In this document: positions 7,432-14,241 of the stretch, piece by piece
How the letters are laid out: the number at the start of each line of letters is the position of its first letter
How positions within the stretch are numbered: position 1 is the first letter of the stretch
IMG/VR virus record: IMGVR_UViG_3300005589_000100
Span: 1 to 24,553 of that record
Reading direction: 5' to 3' (one strand)
Source of the DNA: a virus
Lineage: Duplodnaviria; Caudoviricetes
DNA length: 24,553 bases
Translations under genes and position numbers: made by a program
Notes under the pieces: model-generated
What the model was told of the DNA's origin: nothing
Seen by the model: only the letters and a program-made list of their open reading frames with translations
Databases searched by the model: none

Positions 7432-7668
7432 ATGAATGAAGAGGTTATGGCTGGGATCTTCATTTTAGTGTGCGCTGGGATAGCTTTTTTTCTGTTTACG
7501 CGCTGGTGGTTTTGGGCTTTAGCTTTTGGTTTGGGGGGGTTGGCTAGCTTTTTCTCTGTGTGCGCAAGTGTTATTCATTTTCAGATACTTGCAGCAGTTG
7601 GGTTTTCTGTTTTGACATTTCTTTGTTATTTGGGGTTGGGGTTTAGTCTTACAAGATCGCCTTACTAA
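7432..7668 (+). CDS. Small integral membrane protein (78 aa, about 3 TM), moron in the immunity region; possible superinfection exclusion
   Basis: ATG 7432 with AGGAG; almost wholly hydrophobic; lies between PL and the repressor, opposite to the early operon. Function inferred from position only. Confidence 0.65.
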   Translation: MNEEVMAGIFILVCAGIAFFLFTRWWFWALAFGLGGLASFFSVCASVIHFQILAAVGFSVLTFLCYLGLGFSLTRSPY

Positions 7669-7692
7669 GCCTTATTTTGCTTTCTTAATAGG

Positions 7693-7720
7693 TTGACACT
7701 GTATATATAAACAGTACTCT
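7693..7720 (+). promoter_or_regulatory. LexA-repressed sigma70 promoter (SOS box)
   Basis: TTGACA (7693-7698), CTGTATATATAAACAG (7699-7714, CTGT-N8-ACAG), TACTCT (7715-7720); the box fills the 16-bp spacer. Confidence 0.88.
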
Positions 7721-7781
7721 ATGGTTCTCGCTGAGAAAAACGACCGAGTTGGGGAAACCAGCGGGATAGGGAATCTCGTCT

Positions 7782-7967
7782 ATGAATAATAATTATTTAA
7801 CAGAAGAGGAAGTCAAGGAAGCTATTGTTTTTCTTGACTATTTGATGGATCAATCAGATCAAGTGCCGCCTCGAGCTTCTGAGGAGATGCCTCCATTATC
7901 CTCGTCAGCTTCTTTAAAAATTCGGGGCCTCGCTGGCTTGATTCATACACATACTGAAAATGCTTGA
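7782..7967 (+). CDS. Putative SOS-induced small protein (candidate antirepressor), antisense-overlapping the repressor 3' end
   Basis: First ORF after the LexA-boxed promoter; GGGATAGGGA upstream; amphipathic N-terminal helix LTEEEVKEAIVFLDYLM. Confidence 0.5.
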   Translation: MNNNYLTEEEVKEAIVFLDYLMDQSDQVPPRASEEMPPLSSSASLKIRGLAGLIHTHTENA

Positions 7968-8286
7968 GTTCTTCGGTAAGTGGACCATCTTTTGCTGGCT
8001 CGAGGCTGGCTCTATCACCATTCTGTAGGATGTAGGCTTTTACAAAATCCAGGTCATATATTTCATGCAGCTGTAAACCAAAGTACTTGGCAATGGGGAG
8101 CACTGTGTTTGGTTTTGGATCTTTACTCCCGCCTTTATCGCTATTTATGGCTACCCGTCTTACCTTAGTTTGAGTCATATCTTCATCAATACGACTCGAT
8201 GCAATATCAACAGCAACCTCATTTGGGTTGGTGTTTCTCCAGTCCATTAATAAATTAACAGCTTCTTTCAGTTCTGATTCATACAT
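7822..8286 (-). CDS. CI-like XRE-family repressor without an S24 peptidase domain
   Basis: MTQTKVRRV...DPKPNTVLPIAKYFGLQLHEIY resembles an XRE HTH; divergent from cro across the operators; only 154 aa. Confidence 0.75.
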   Translation of the reverse strand: MYESELKEAVNLLMDWRNTNPNEVAVDIASSRIDEDMTQTKVRRVAINSDKGGSKDPKPNTVLPIAKYFGLQLHEIYDLDFVKAYILQNGDRASLEPAKDGPLTEELKHFQYVYESSQRGPEFLKKLTRIMEASPQKLEAALDLIDPSNSQEKQ

Positions 8287-8362
8287 TTACGCATTATCCG
8301 TGAAATTTATTTGTTACGGAAAATCGTTTTCGTTTGACAATAAAACGAAAACGTATTAATTT
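8280..8362. promoter_or_regulatory. OR region: PR (+), PRM (-) and three operators
   Basis: PR TTGACA (8334-8339)-17-TAATTT (8357-8362); PRM TTCCGT (8321-8316)-17-GATAAT (8298-8293); operators at 8342-8357, 8321-8336 and a degenerate one at 8280-8295; consensus AATACG-N4-CGTATT shared with OL. Confidence 0.8.
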
Positions 8363-8368
8363 AATTTC

Positions 8369-8557
8369 ATGAAGACAATACAAGACATGACCATTGATCT
8401 GCTTGAGGACTTTTCGGAGCCACAGCTCGCGAAAAAAGTCGATACCAGTCAGACGCAAATCAACCGAATCAAGAAAGGTCAGGAGCCTGGTTTTACCCTT
8501 GGAAAACGTATTGAGAGCTTGTACCTCTCAAAAAAAAGTGAAAATCAGGCCGCCTAA
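8369..8557 (+). CDS. cro: Cro-like HTH protein
   Basis: SEPQLAKKVDTSQTQINRIKKGQEPGFTLGKRIESLY HTH; first gene after PR. Confidence 0.85.
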   Translation: MKTIQDMTIDLLEDFSEPQLAKKVDTSQTQINRIKKGQEPGFTLGKRIESLYLSKKSENQAA

Positions 8558-8660
8558 GTTCCGACCGGTTAGCTGCCGTCTCGCTGTATGAGTGCTGGCC
8601 GGTCTCTCTAACTACAAGTTTGGATATTTTTTGAAATTGGATGAAGTGATTGATGTGAAG

Positions 8661-8676
8661 TGGCCCCGAAGGGCCA
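8661..8676. terminator. Short hairpin at the 3' end of the inverted moron
   Basis: TGGCCC-CGAA-GGGCCA (UUCG loop on the minus strand); weak U-tract. Confidence 0.5.
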
Positions 8677-8685
8677 ATGATTTAT

Positions 8686-8913
8686 TTAGCGGCCTTGGCC
8701 CGCATTAAATCCACGGTTATAGCCATCCTGATATGTCTTTTCTCCCAATTTTGGTAGTGGACATAGCGGTGGCAACGGTGCCAGGCAGGAGCTTTTTCCG
8801 TAACAAGCACCAGCTTTGTAGCCTGCTTTAAAACCTTCACAGAAACCACCCTGGGATAGTGCAGTGATTGAAAATCCAGTCAGTACAACAGCGATGAGTA
8901 GTAATGATTTCAT
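8686..8913 (-). CDS. Small secreted Cys-containing protein (75 aa), moron between cro and cII
   Basis: ATG 8913 with AAAGGA; signal peptide MKSLLLIAVVLTGFSITALS; FCEGFKAGYKAG...CPLP...YQDGYNRGF. Confidence 0.7.
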   Translation of the reverse strand: MKSLLLIAVVLTGFSITALSQGGFCEGFKAGYKAGACYGKSSCLAPLPPLCPLPKLGEKTYQDGYNRGFNAGQGR

Positions 8914-8994
8914 TAATTGAGTCCTTTTCTTTTTAAGTGGATATTTCATTGTGCCTAGCCCTAATCAAACAGTCCAATTTTTAAAAATTATCTG

Positions 8995-9024
8995 GCCCCG
9001 ATTCACCAGCTGAACGGGGTTTTT
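8995..9024 (+). terminator. Intrinsic terminator (tR1-like)
   Basis: GCCCCG.TTCA-CCAGC-TGAACGGGGT followed by a T-tract, upstream of the cII-like gene. Confidence 0.65.
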
Positions 9025-9042
9025 ATTTACCCATAATTTTTG

Positions 9043-9069
9043 GTGTTAAGTCGTGTTAAAAGGTGTGAA
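9043..9069. promoter_or_regulatory. Three direct repeats at 10-bp pitch (GTGTTAA, GTGTTAA, GTGTGAA); candidate CII-type site (PRE)
   Basis: Copies at 9043, 9053 and 9063, immediately upstream of the cII-like start. Confidence 0.5.
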
Positions 9070-9076
9070 CAAATAA

Positions 9077-9427
9077 ATGGAAAAAGCCAAAATTTCTATC
9101 GAATTTACTCCCGGCATAAGCAATGCCTATCCCACAAAGCTTGATTTTTTAAGGGATTATTTGCCTGCCGTCGTTGGCAAACGTGACAATTATAATATGT
9201 CCTCGTTGGCACGGGATCTTGGCTTTTCACCTCAAAAACTCTCTCAGAAACTATCCGGTACCAACAATTCGGCCTGGTCGTCCAAAAATGAGGACAAGCT
9301 TAAAAAGGTATTATCAGCTCCAGAATACCTACCAATCATTGCATACGACATCGAATCAACCCAGCGCGAATATAACGAACTTGAATCCCTGAAAGCCCGA
9401 TTAGCTGAACTGGAGGGCGAGAGCTAG
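9077..9427 (+). CDS. CII-like HTH regulator
   Basis: MSSLARDLGFSPQKLSQKLSG HTH and C-terminal coiled coil; located between cro and the replication gene. Confidence 0.65.
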   Translation: MEKAKISIEFTPGISNAYPTKLDFLRDYLPAVVGKRDNYNMSSLARDLGFSPQKLSQKLSGTNNSAWSSKNEDKLKKVLSAPEYLPIIAYDIESTQREYNELESLKARLAELEGES

Positions 9428-9822
9428 TGAGAAACCCAGACCGAATCATTGGTGGTGACTATCTATTTCGTTGGTACATCATCCCTAGAAATCGTTTTTT
9501 CAATATTTATTTACATAAATTTGGTCGCTCTGATGATGATCGAGCGCTTCACGATCACCCCTGGTGCAGCGTAAGCTTTTTACTGAAGGGTGAATTCATC
9601 GAGCACAGTTTCAAAGGCATCAGATCAATTCCTTGGTTATTCCCTGTGTTCCGATCAGCAAAATTTGCGCATCGTCTAGAGCTTGTTAAGGGGCCAGTGT
9701 GGACGATTTTTATCACCGGCCCAAACCTTCGTGAATGGGGTTTTTATTGCCCCAAAGGCTGGGTGAGTTGGAAGAAATTCACTGACTATGATGGCAATAC
9801 CATCGAAGGCGGGTGTGATTAA
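9427..9822 (+). CDS. Cupin-like phage protein
   Basis: YLFRWYIIPRN.FFNIYLHKF.RSDDDRALHDHPW...H.LEL...W.IFITGP..REWGF motif. Confidence 0.7.
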   Translation: MRNPDRIIGGDYLFRWYIIPRNRFFNIYLHKFGRSDDDRALHDHPWCSVSFLLKGEFIEHSFKGIRSIPWLFPVFRSAKFAHRLELVKGPVWTIFITGPNLREWGFYCPKGWVSWKKFTDYDGNTIEGGCD

Positions 9823-10847
9823 TGCACTATTACAAACGAAATTTAGGTGATTACGCTAAGAAAGCAGGACGCTTGTCCATGTTACAGCACGGAGCGTACA
9901 CGCTCCTGCTAGATGCGTGCTACGACCGTGAACGCTTCCCCACGGAAGAGGACGCGATTGAATGGACGTGGGCTAGTTCACCAGAAGAGGTACAGGCGGT
10001 TAAGTTTGTGCTGTCTCGCTTTTTTGAGCTTCAAGAGGATAAAACCTATGTGCAAACAAGGGTTTATGATGAAGTTCAAGTCTACAAGGTGGGTGAAATA
10101 CAAAATCGCTTAATAGCGCTCGCACGTGAAGGTAGAAAACAGAAGCGAGATGACTTTGTAAAAGACTGCGATCAACTGCGTGCAGAAATTAAGAACGATC
10201 CGTTAAGTAAATCGCACGCTACGTGGACGGACTTGGTCGAAGCGTTGATAAAAATGCACGAACCGCCACCTAACCATAAACCATTAACCACTAACCAAGA
10301 ACCAAGAACCAATATAAAACCTATACCCTCGACATCGGAAAAATCAGAATCGGATTCAAAAAAGGAAGATCCTGATGAATCACCACCTGATCAACCCAAA
10401 GAAAAAAAATCAAAATCAAAATCAAAATTTAAATTCAACGATGAGCAATATCAAATCGCCGTTGAGATGAGCTGCCCCAGCAAAGCCCGTTTTGATGAAA
10501 CCCTAAAAATCAATCTCGATGAGTGGGCTGATACCGTTCGCAAGCTCATGGACACCGACGGGTATACCCGCGAGCAGATCCAGTACCTGTGGCGAACGAT
10601 CCATGACAACTCGCTGCAGTTCGACTGGCAATCGAATTGCCGGACACCGATGAAGCTACGCCTACGCAAAGACGGCTTGAGTTATTTCGAGATCATAGCC
10701 AATCAGATCGTTACCCAGAAACGAAAACCTAAAGCTGACCCCGAAAGGGGGTTTGTTGAAAAGCACACTGACCCGTCGTGGCGTGAAGGTCTTCTTGACT
10801 CGGTCGTGCATACTCAGCAAAGCGGGGAGGAGTTATGTCACGAGTGA
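9822..10847 (+). CDS. Replication initiator with an N-terminal YdaU/DUF1376 domain
   Basis: MHYYKRNLGDYAKKAGRLSMLQHGAYTLLLDACYDRE; C-terminal WADTVRKLMDTDG...W.SNC.TP.KLR resembling phage replication protein C-termini; internal repeats. Confidence 0.88.
   Translation: MHYYKRNLGDYAKKAGRLSMLQHGAYTLLLDACYDRERFPTEEDAIEWTWASSPEEVQAVKFVLSRFFELQEDKTYVQTRVYDEVQVYKVGEIQNRLIALAREGRKQKRDDFVKDCDQLRAEIKNDPLSKSHATWTDLVEALIKMHEPPPNHKPLTTNQEPRTNIKPIPSTSEKSESDSKKEDPDESPPDQPKEKKSKSKSKFKFNDEQYQIAVEMSCPSKARFDETLKINLDEWADTVRKLMDTDGYTREQIQYLWRTIHDNSLQFDWQSNCRTPMKLRLRKDGLSYFEIIANQIVTQKRKPKADPERGFVEKHTDPSWREGLLDSVVHTQQSGEELCHE
10271..10436. repeat. Putative replication origin inside the initiator gene
   Basis: Six AACCA cores at 7-bp pitch (10271-10313) and an A-rich (AAAATC)3 tract near 10400-10430. 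Confidence 0.5.
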
Positions 10848-11005
10848 TGCGTGATCGGAGCTGGACACCCAAACGGCGCTATTACCGGCAAGGCAATCTC
10901 TTTGACAAACAGCTTCAAGAGCGCAACCGCCAGGCCAACAAGCAGGCCATGGCTGAAATTAAGTCCAAAGGCTTACTAAACAATCCTGAAGGGGGTGAGA
11001 AATGA
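10835..11005 (+). CDS. Hypothetical protein, 56 aa (MSRVMRDRSWTPKRRYYRQGNLFDKQLQERNRQANKQAMAEIKSKGLLNNPEGGEK)
   Basis: Translated manually; SD GGAGG; overlaps the initiator stop and is coupled (ATGA) to the next ORF. Confidence 0.65.
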   Translation: MSRVMRDRSWTPKRRYYRQGNLFDKQLQERNRQANKQAMAEIKSKGLLNNPEGGEK

Positions 11006-11229
11006 AAAAAAGTAATCAAGGCTCTATGGCGATGGCTCTGATGGCCATGATGGCTGGCTTGGGGAGGTCGCCTTACAGCTCAGAAATACGTAAGAAACAA
11101 AAACAACCGCGTATACCTACAGCAGAGCAAGCAGCAAAAACACAAGCAAGGCGAGAAAAACGCCAGCGTGATTATGAATTTTGTATTGCAATGAACCCGC
11201 TGCACAAACCGGTACCCACACGAGGTTAA
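11002..11229 (+). CDS. Hypothetical basic protein
   Basis: 75-aa ORF with ATGA coupling. Confidence 0.65.
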   Translation: MKKSNQGSMAMALMAMMAGLGRSPYSSEIRKKQKQPRIPTAEQAAKTQARREKRQRDYEFCIAMNPLHKPVPTRG

Positions 11230-11233
11230 GCCG

Positions 11234-11521
11234 ATGAAAAATGCTAACAGCATCATTGCATTCCACAAGGGGCGACAAATCCGTTTCACTGAATCACGCC
11301 AGAGAATCCTTCGGGTTATGCAGGGACGTAAACGACCGCTTGATGAGTTTCAGATTGCGGACCTGATCGGTAAGCCCATCAACTGTGTGTCGGGTCGTAT
11401 CACCGAGCTCAAAGCAGATAAGTATCTGGTCGTGGTGGGTACTCGAAAAGATCCACACACTAAGTGCTTGCGCAATCTCTATCTGATGAACCTTAAGATC
11501 AAGTTCGGGGTGGCCGCATGA
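11234..11521 (+). CDS. Winged-HTH DNA-binding protein
   Basis: LDEFQIADLIGKPINCVSGRITELKADKYLVVVGTRKD wHTH pattern; SD GAGG. Confidence 0.7.
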   Translation: MKNANSIIAFHKGRQIRFTESRQRILRVMQGRKRPLDEFQIADLIGKPINCVSGRITELKADKYLVVVGTRKDPHTKCLRNLYLMNLKIKFGVAA

Positions 11522-11646
11522 AATTATTTATTTTTGGCATCTTGTTAATTATCACCAGTGCATTGATCTGGTACGCCAGCAAGTCAAAAACAAAAGCCGA
11601 TTATCCAGACTTAGAAACTTGCACTGATGAAATTGAAGAACACTAG
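11518..11646 (+). CDS. Small single-TM protein, 42 aa (MKLFIFGILLIITSALIWYASKSKTKADYPDLETCTDEIEEH)
   Basis: Translated manually; ATGA overlap with the upstream stop. Confidence 0.55.
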   Translation: MKLFIFGILLIITSALIWYASKSKTKADYPDLETCTDEIEEH

Positions 11647-11802
11647 GGGAGGCGCCACACCTCAAAAGTTGTACCCCAACAGTCGGACGGCCTGACTGTG
11701 AAGGGCGGTAATGTCTTTGCCCGGTGCCCCTTTTGTAGCACGCCGGTTCAAAGGGCAAGCCAAGGCGCTTGGTAACTACAGATTGGCAAATTACCGCAAG
11801 CC
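11646..11802 (+). ncRNA. Candidate structured RNA element (about five consecutive hairpins)
   Basis: Non-coding gap with stems GGGG/CCCC, ACAGTCGG/CTGACTGT, GGGCGG/TTGCCC, TGCCC..TTTG/CAAAGGGCA, GCTTGGTAA/TTAC..CAAGC; family not recognised. Confidence 0.35.
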
Positions 11803-11834
11803 GTTTAACCCACTAACCAACAAAGGTAAATACC

Positions 11835-12167
11835 ATGAGTTACGATGAACAAACCAGTGCGACACCAGAGCGCTTTTCAGGCGGCGGTGCTTTAACGGGA
11901 AACGCAAAGCTTGGCCCTCAGAAAAAGGCACAAACGATTATGAATCGTCTAGCAGACTTAAATGAACGGCTTGGCACCATCGTTGTCAGTGCCGAAGAAA
12001 GCACAGATCGGCTGCTGGGCTCTGTACCGAAAGATACAGCAACAAGCATGGGGCAACCTGTAGAGCATCGCTGCCATTTTGATGAAATGCTGCTGTACTG
12101 CGAAGCAATAAACAACAAGCTTGTTGAGTTGCAAAGCATAACGAATCGGTTAGATGACGAGGTTTAA
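11835..12167 (+). CDS. Hypothetical helical protein
   Basis: 110-aa ORF, AAAGGT upstream. Confidence 0.7.
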   Translation: MSYDEQTSATPERFSGGGALTGNAKLGPQKKAQTIMNRLADLNERLGTIVVSAEESTDRLLGSVPKDTATSMGQPVEHRCHFDEMLLYCEAINNKLVELQSITNRLDDEV

Positions 12168-12175
12168 TTCAGTCG

Positions 12176-12613
12176 ATGCAACCCATCCACTTCACCATCC
12201 AAGGCGAACCGGCTTCCAAGGCAAATTCACGGAAGCTGGTCACCTTTGGGAAAAAGCCTGCATTCATCAAAAGCGATAAGGCAAGAGCCTACGAGAAAGC
12301 AGCACTGCTGCAAATTCCTACCGTCGCAAGACAAATGCTCAAAGGGCCTGTATCGGTAACCATGACGATCTACTACGCATCAGAGCGGCCTGATCTCGAT
12401 GAGTCGGTAATCTTGGATGTGATGCAGAACCAGTACACAGGCAAAGGTAAAAACCGCAGGCTGATTCAAAAAGGTGTTTACGAGAATGACCGACAGGTGC
12501 GTGAGAAACATATCTATCATGCCATCGACAGGCAAAACCCAAGAACAGAGATCCACGTGAAACCCTTGCTCGCCCAACAACAGGATTTACTTGATGCAAC
12601 TGCCAACGGCTAA
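12176..12613 (+). CDS. rusA: RusA-family Holliday junction resolvase
   Basis: GEPASKANSR, GPVSVTMTIYY..RPDLD..ILDVM, GVYENDRQV, PRTEI motifs; nin-region position. Confidence 0.88.
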   Translation: MQPIHFTIQGEPASKANSRKLVTFGKKPAFIKSDKARAYEKAALLQIPTVARQMLKGPVSVTMTIYYASERPDLDESVILDVMQNQYTGKGKNRRLIQKGVYENDRQVREKHIYHAIDRQNPRTEIHVKPLLAQQQDLLDATANG

Positions 12614-12734
12614 AAAAATTCAATGCTGTGCAGAAATGGGCTGGGATTACCTTGGCGACGGACTGTTCACGAATGGTGACTTGATCGGATGGTTTACCGA
12701 AAAAGGCTTTCACAAAGAATCGGCGGAGAACTGA
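12594..12734 (+). CDS. Hypothetical protein, 46 aa (MQLPTAKKIQCCAEMGWDYLGDGLFTNGDLIGWFTEKGFHKESAEN)
   Basis: Translated manually; fills the gap between rusA and the next gene; AGGA upstream. Confidence 0.55.
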   Translation: MQLPTAKKIQCCAEMGWDYLGDGLFTNGDLIGWFTEKGFHKESAEN

Positions 12735-12735
12735 G

Positions 12736-13218
12736 ATGATGGCAAAACGCAAATTTAGTCCAGGTGATAAATTTTATAGCCGGTTTTGGTTCAGCAATGG
12801 GCAGACTGCAAGAGGCACAGAAACTAAATCTAGCAAGCATACCGTTGCACCTCACTCGCGGCTTGGTCCACGTAAACTGACTGGGCCAGCGTATTATCTT
12901 AAGGTGCTAACCACGGATGGACACAGCGGCAATGCACAACAACAAGCGGCTCAAATCCTGTTAGCGCATCTAGCCCACGAACTTGGAAAGCATGTCCGTA
13001 AGTTCGAGATTGAAACCAGAAAAAAATACCGGATACCCTTGAAGAATTATTACACTTGGGCCGGTGTGATTCTGGACAGGTATCTCGGAAAAGTGGTGTC
13101 AGATCGAAAAGCGGCAGAGCGGATCATTCTCAATCACCACAGTGAATACCAACGTCATTACAAGCGGCATGAAGCTATGATCGAGCAATTACTGCGCTCG
13201 TTGGCCGAAAGCAGTTAG
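12736..13218 (+). CDS. Putative late-gene regulator (Q antiterminator position)
   Basis: Basic 160-aa protein directly upstream of a promoter-pause-terminator unit; assigned by synteny only. Confidence 0.5.
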   Translation: MMAKRKFSPGDKFYSRFWFSNGQTARGTETKSSKHTVAPHSRLGPRKLTGPAYYLKVLTTDGHSGNAQQQAAQILLAHLAHELGKHVRKFEIETRKKYRIPLKNYYTWAGVILDRYLGKVVSDRKAAERIILNHHSEYQRHYKRHEAMIEQLLRSLAESS

Positions 13219-13225
13219 TTTTTTC

Positions 13226-13265
13226 TTGCGTTTTGCGCCAAATCGGTATACTTTTTTCCCATACT
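13226..13265 (+). promoter_or_regulatory. Late promoter (PR'-like) with a downstream -10-like pause element
   Basis: TTGCGT (13226-13231)-17-TACTTT (13249-13254); CATACT at 13260-13265. Confidence 0.65.
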
Positions 13266-13284
13266 TCAGAAATTTATCTCTAAG

Positions 13285-13309
13285 ACCCGGCCAACCAGCC
13301 GGGTTTTTT
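13285..13309 (+). terminator. Intrinsic terminator (tR'-like)
   Basis: ACCCGGC-CAACCA-GCCGGGT-TTTTT. Confidence 0.85.
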
Positions 13310-13362
13310 ATTGCCTAAACAAAATCAAACCCAACTTTCTCCAATAATTTTAAGGACTTAGT

Positions 13363-13782
13363 ATGTCGCCACAACAAGGAATTGACCGCCGCCGCGACAG
13401 TGTCGTTAAAAATATTGTTTTGCCGGTTGTTGTGGCGGTTATTACGGCTGTCATTGTCGGTATGGGCTCTGCCACTCTGGCGATAAAGATCGGCTCTGAA
13501 GTTCTGATAACTCGAGTTAATTACATGGAACGGGATATAGTCGAAGTCAGAGAGCTGGTTAACTCGCTAGGCAAGGTGTCCATCTCTCTGGCCGAAAACA
13601 CTGAATGGCAGCGCGGTACTGACAAGGTGATCGATGGGATTTTGATTAATCAGCGTGGGCTGCAAGAAATGACCAAAGACCGTTACCCGAGAGCAGAGGC
13701 CAAAAAGGATTTAAATATTGTGTATGGGAGAATAGATAAGCTCGAGGAGGTTGTTGATCGAATCAGGAGCGGATCGAAATGA
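13363..13782 (+). CDS. Membrane-anchored coiled-coil protein, putative holin/lysis accessory
   Basis: One N-terminal TM segment; first late gene; ATGA-coupled to the endolysin. Confidence 0.55.
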   Translation: MSPQQGIDRRRDSVVKNIVLPVVVAVITAVIVGMGSATLAIKIGSEVLITRVNYMERDIVEVRELVNSLGKVSISLAENTEWQRGTDKVIDGILINQRGLQEMTKDRYPRAEAKKDLNIVYGRIDKLEEVVDRIRSGSK

Positions 13783-14240
13783 TCAACGGCCAGCATTTAC
13801 GCGAATACATTATCAGGCCAACACTGGAGCAGATCGGCTTATGGTCTGAGTCGGCTGAAAATCTGTTGATGGGAACCGCAGCGCAAGAAAGTAAGCAAGG
13901 GTTTTACCTTCGCCAACTCAAAGGCGGCCCAGCTGTGGGCATCTTCCAGATGGAACCCGCAACACACGACGATATTTGGGAGCACTTTCTCGAGTACCAG
14001 CCGAGGCTATCAGAAAAGATTCAAACCTTGACGCCATTTGTGGAAGCAGAGCAGATGGTAGGCAATCTAAATTATGCCGCCGCTATGGCGCGTATGCAGT
14101 ACTACCGAAGACCAGAGCCTCTGCCTATGGCAAATGACGTGGCAGCTTTAGCTCATTACTGGAAGCAGCATTACAACACGCGTCTAGGAAAAGGCACCGA
14201 AAAAGAATTCGAGCACAGCTATCTTTTGAGCATCCATTAA
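13779..14240 (+). CDS. Putative endolysin, lysozyme-like/transglycosylase fold
   Basis: IIRPTL...AENLLMGTAAQES...GGPAVGIFQMEPATHDDIW...NLNYAAAMAR..Y...YWKQHYNT..GKGT; catalytic-type ES motif; lysis position. Confidence 0.75.
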   Translation: MINGQHLREYIIRPTLEQIGLWSESAENLLMGTAAQESKQGFYLRQLKGGPAVGIFQMEPATHDDIWEHFLEYQPRLSEKIQTLTPFVEAEQMVGNLNYAAAMARMQYYRRPEPLPMANDVAALAHYWKQHYNTRLGKGTEKEFEHSYLLSIH

Positions 14241-14241
14241 A

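Noticed and set aside
8564-8605. Hairpin GACCGGTTAGC...GCTGGCCGGTC after cro, and the overlapping ORF 8394-8591
   Set aside because: The stem is real but has no U-tract or assignable function; the ORF is an alternative frame of cro
11620-11645. CTGATGA as a hammerhead ribozyme core
   Set aside because: Lies inside a small ORF; the flanking stems and correctly placed GAAA could not be built
12339-12752. Minus-strand ORFs over rusA
   Set aside because: Antisense shadows with no supporting signals
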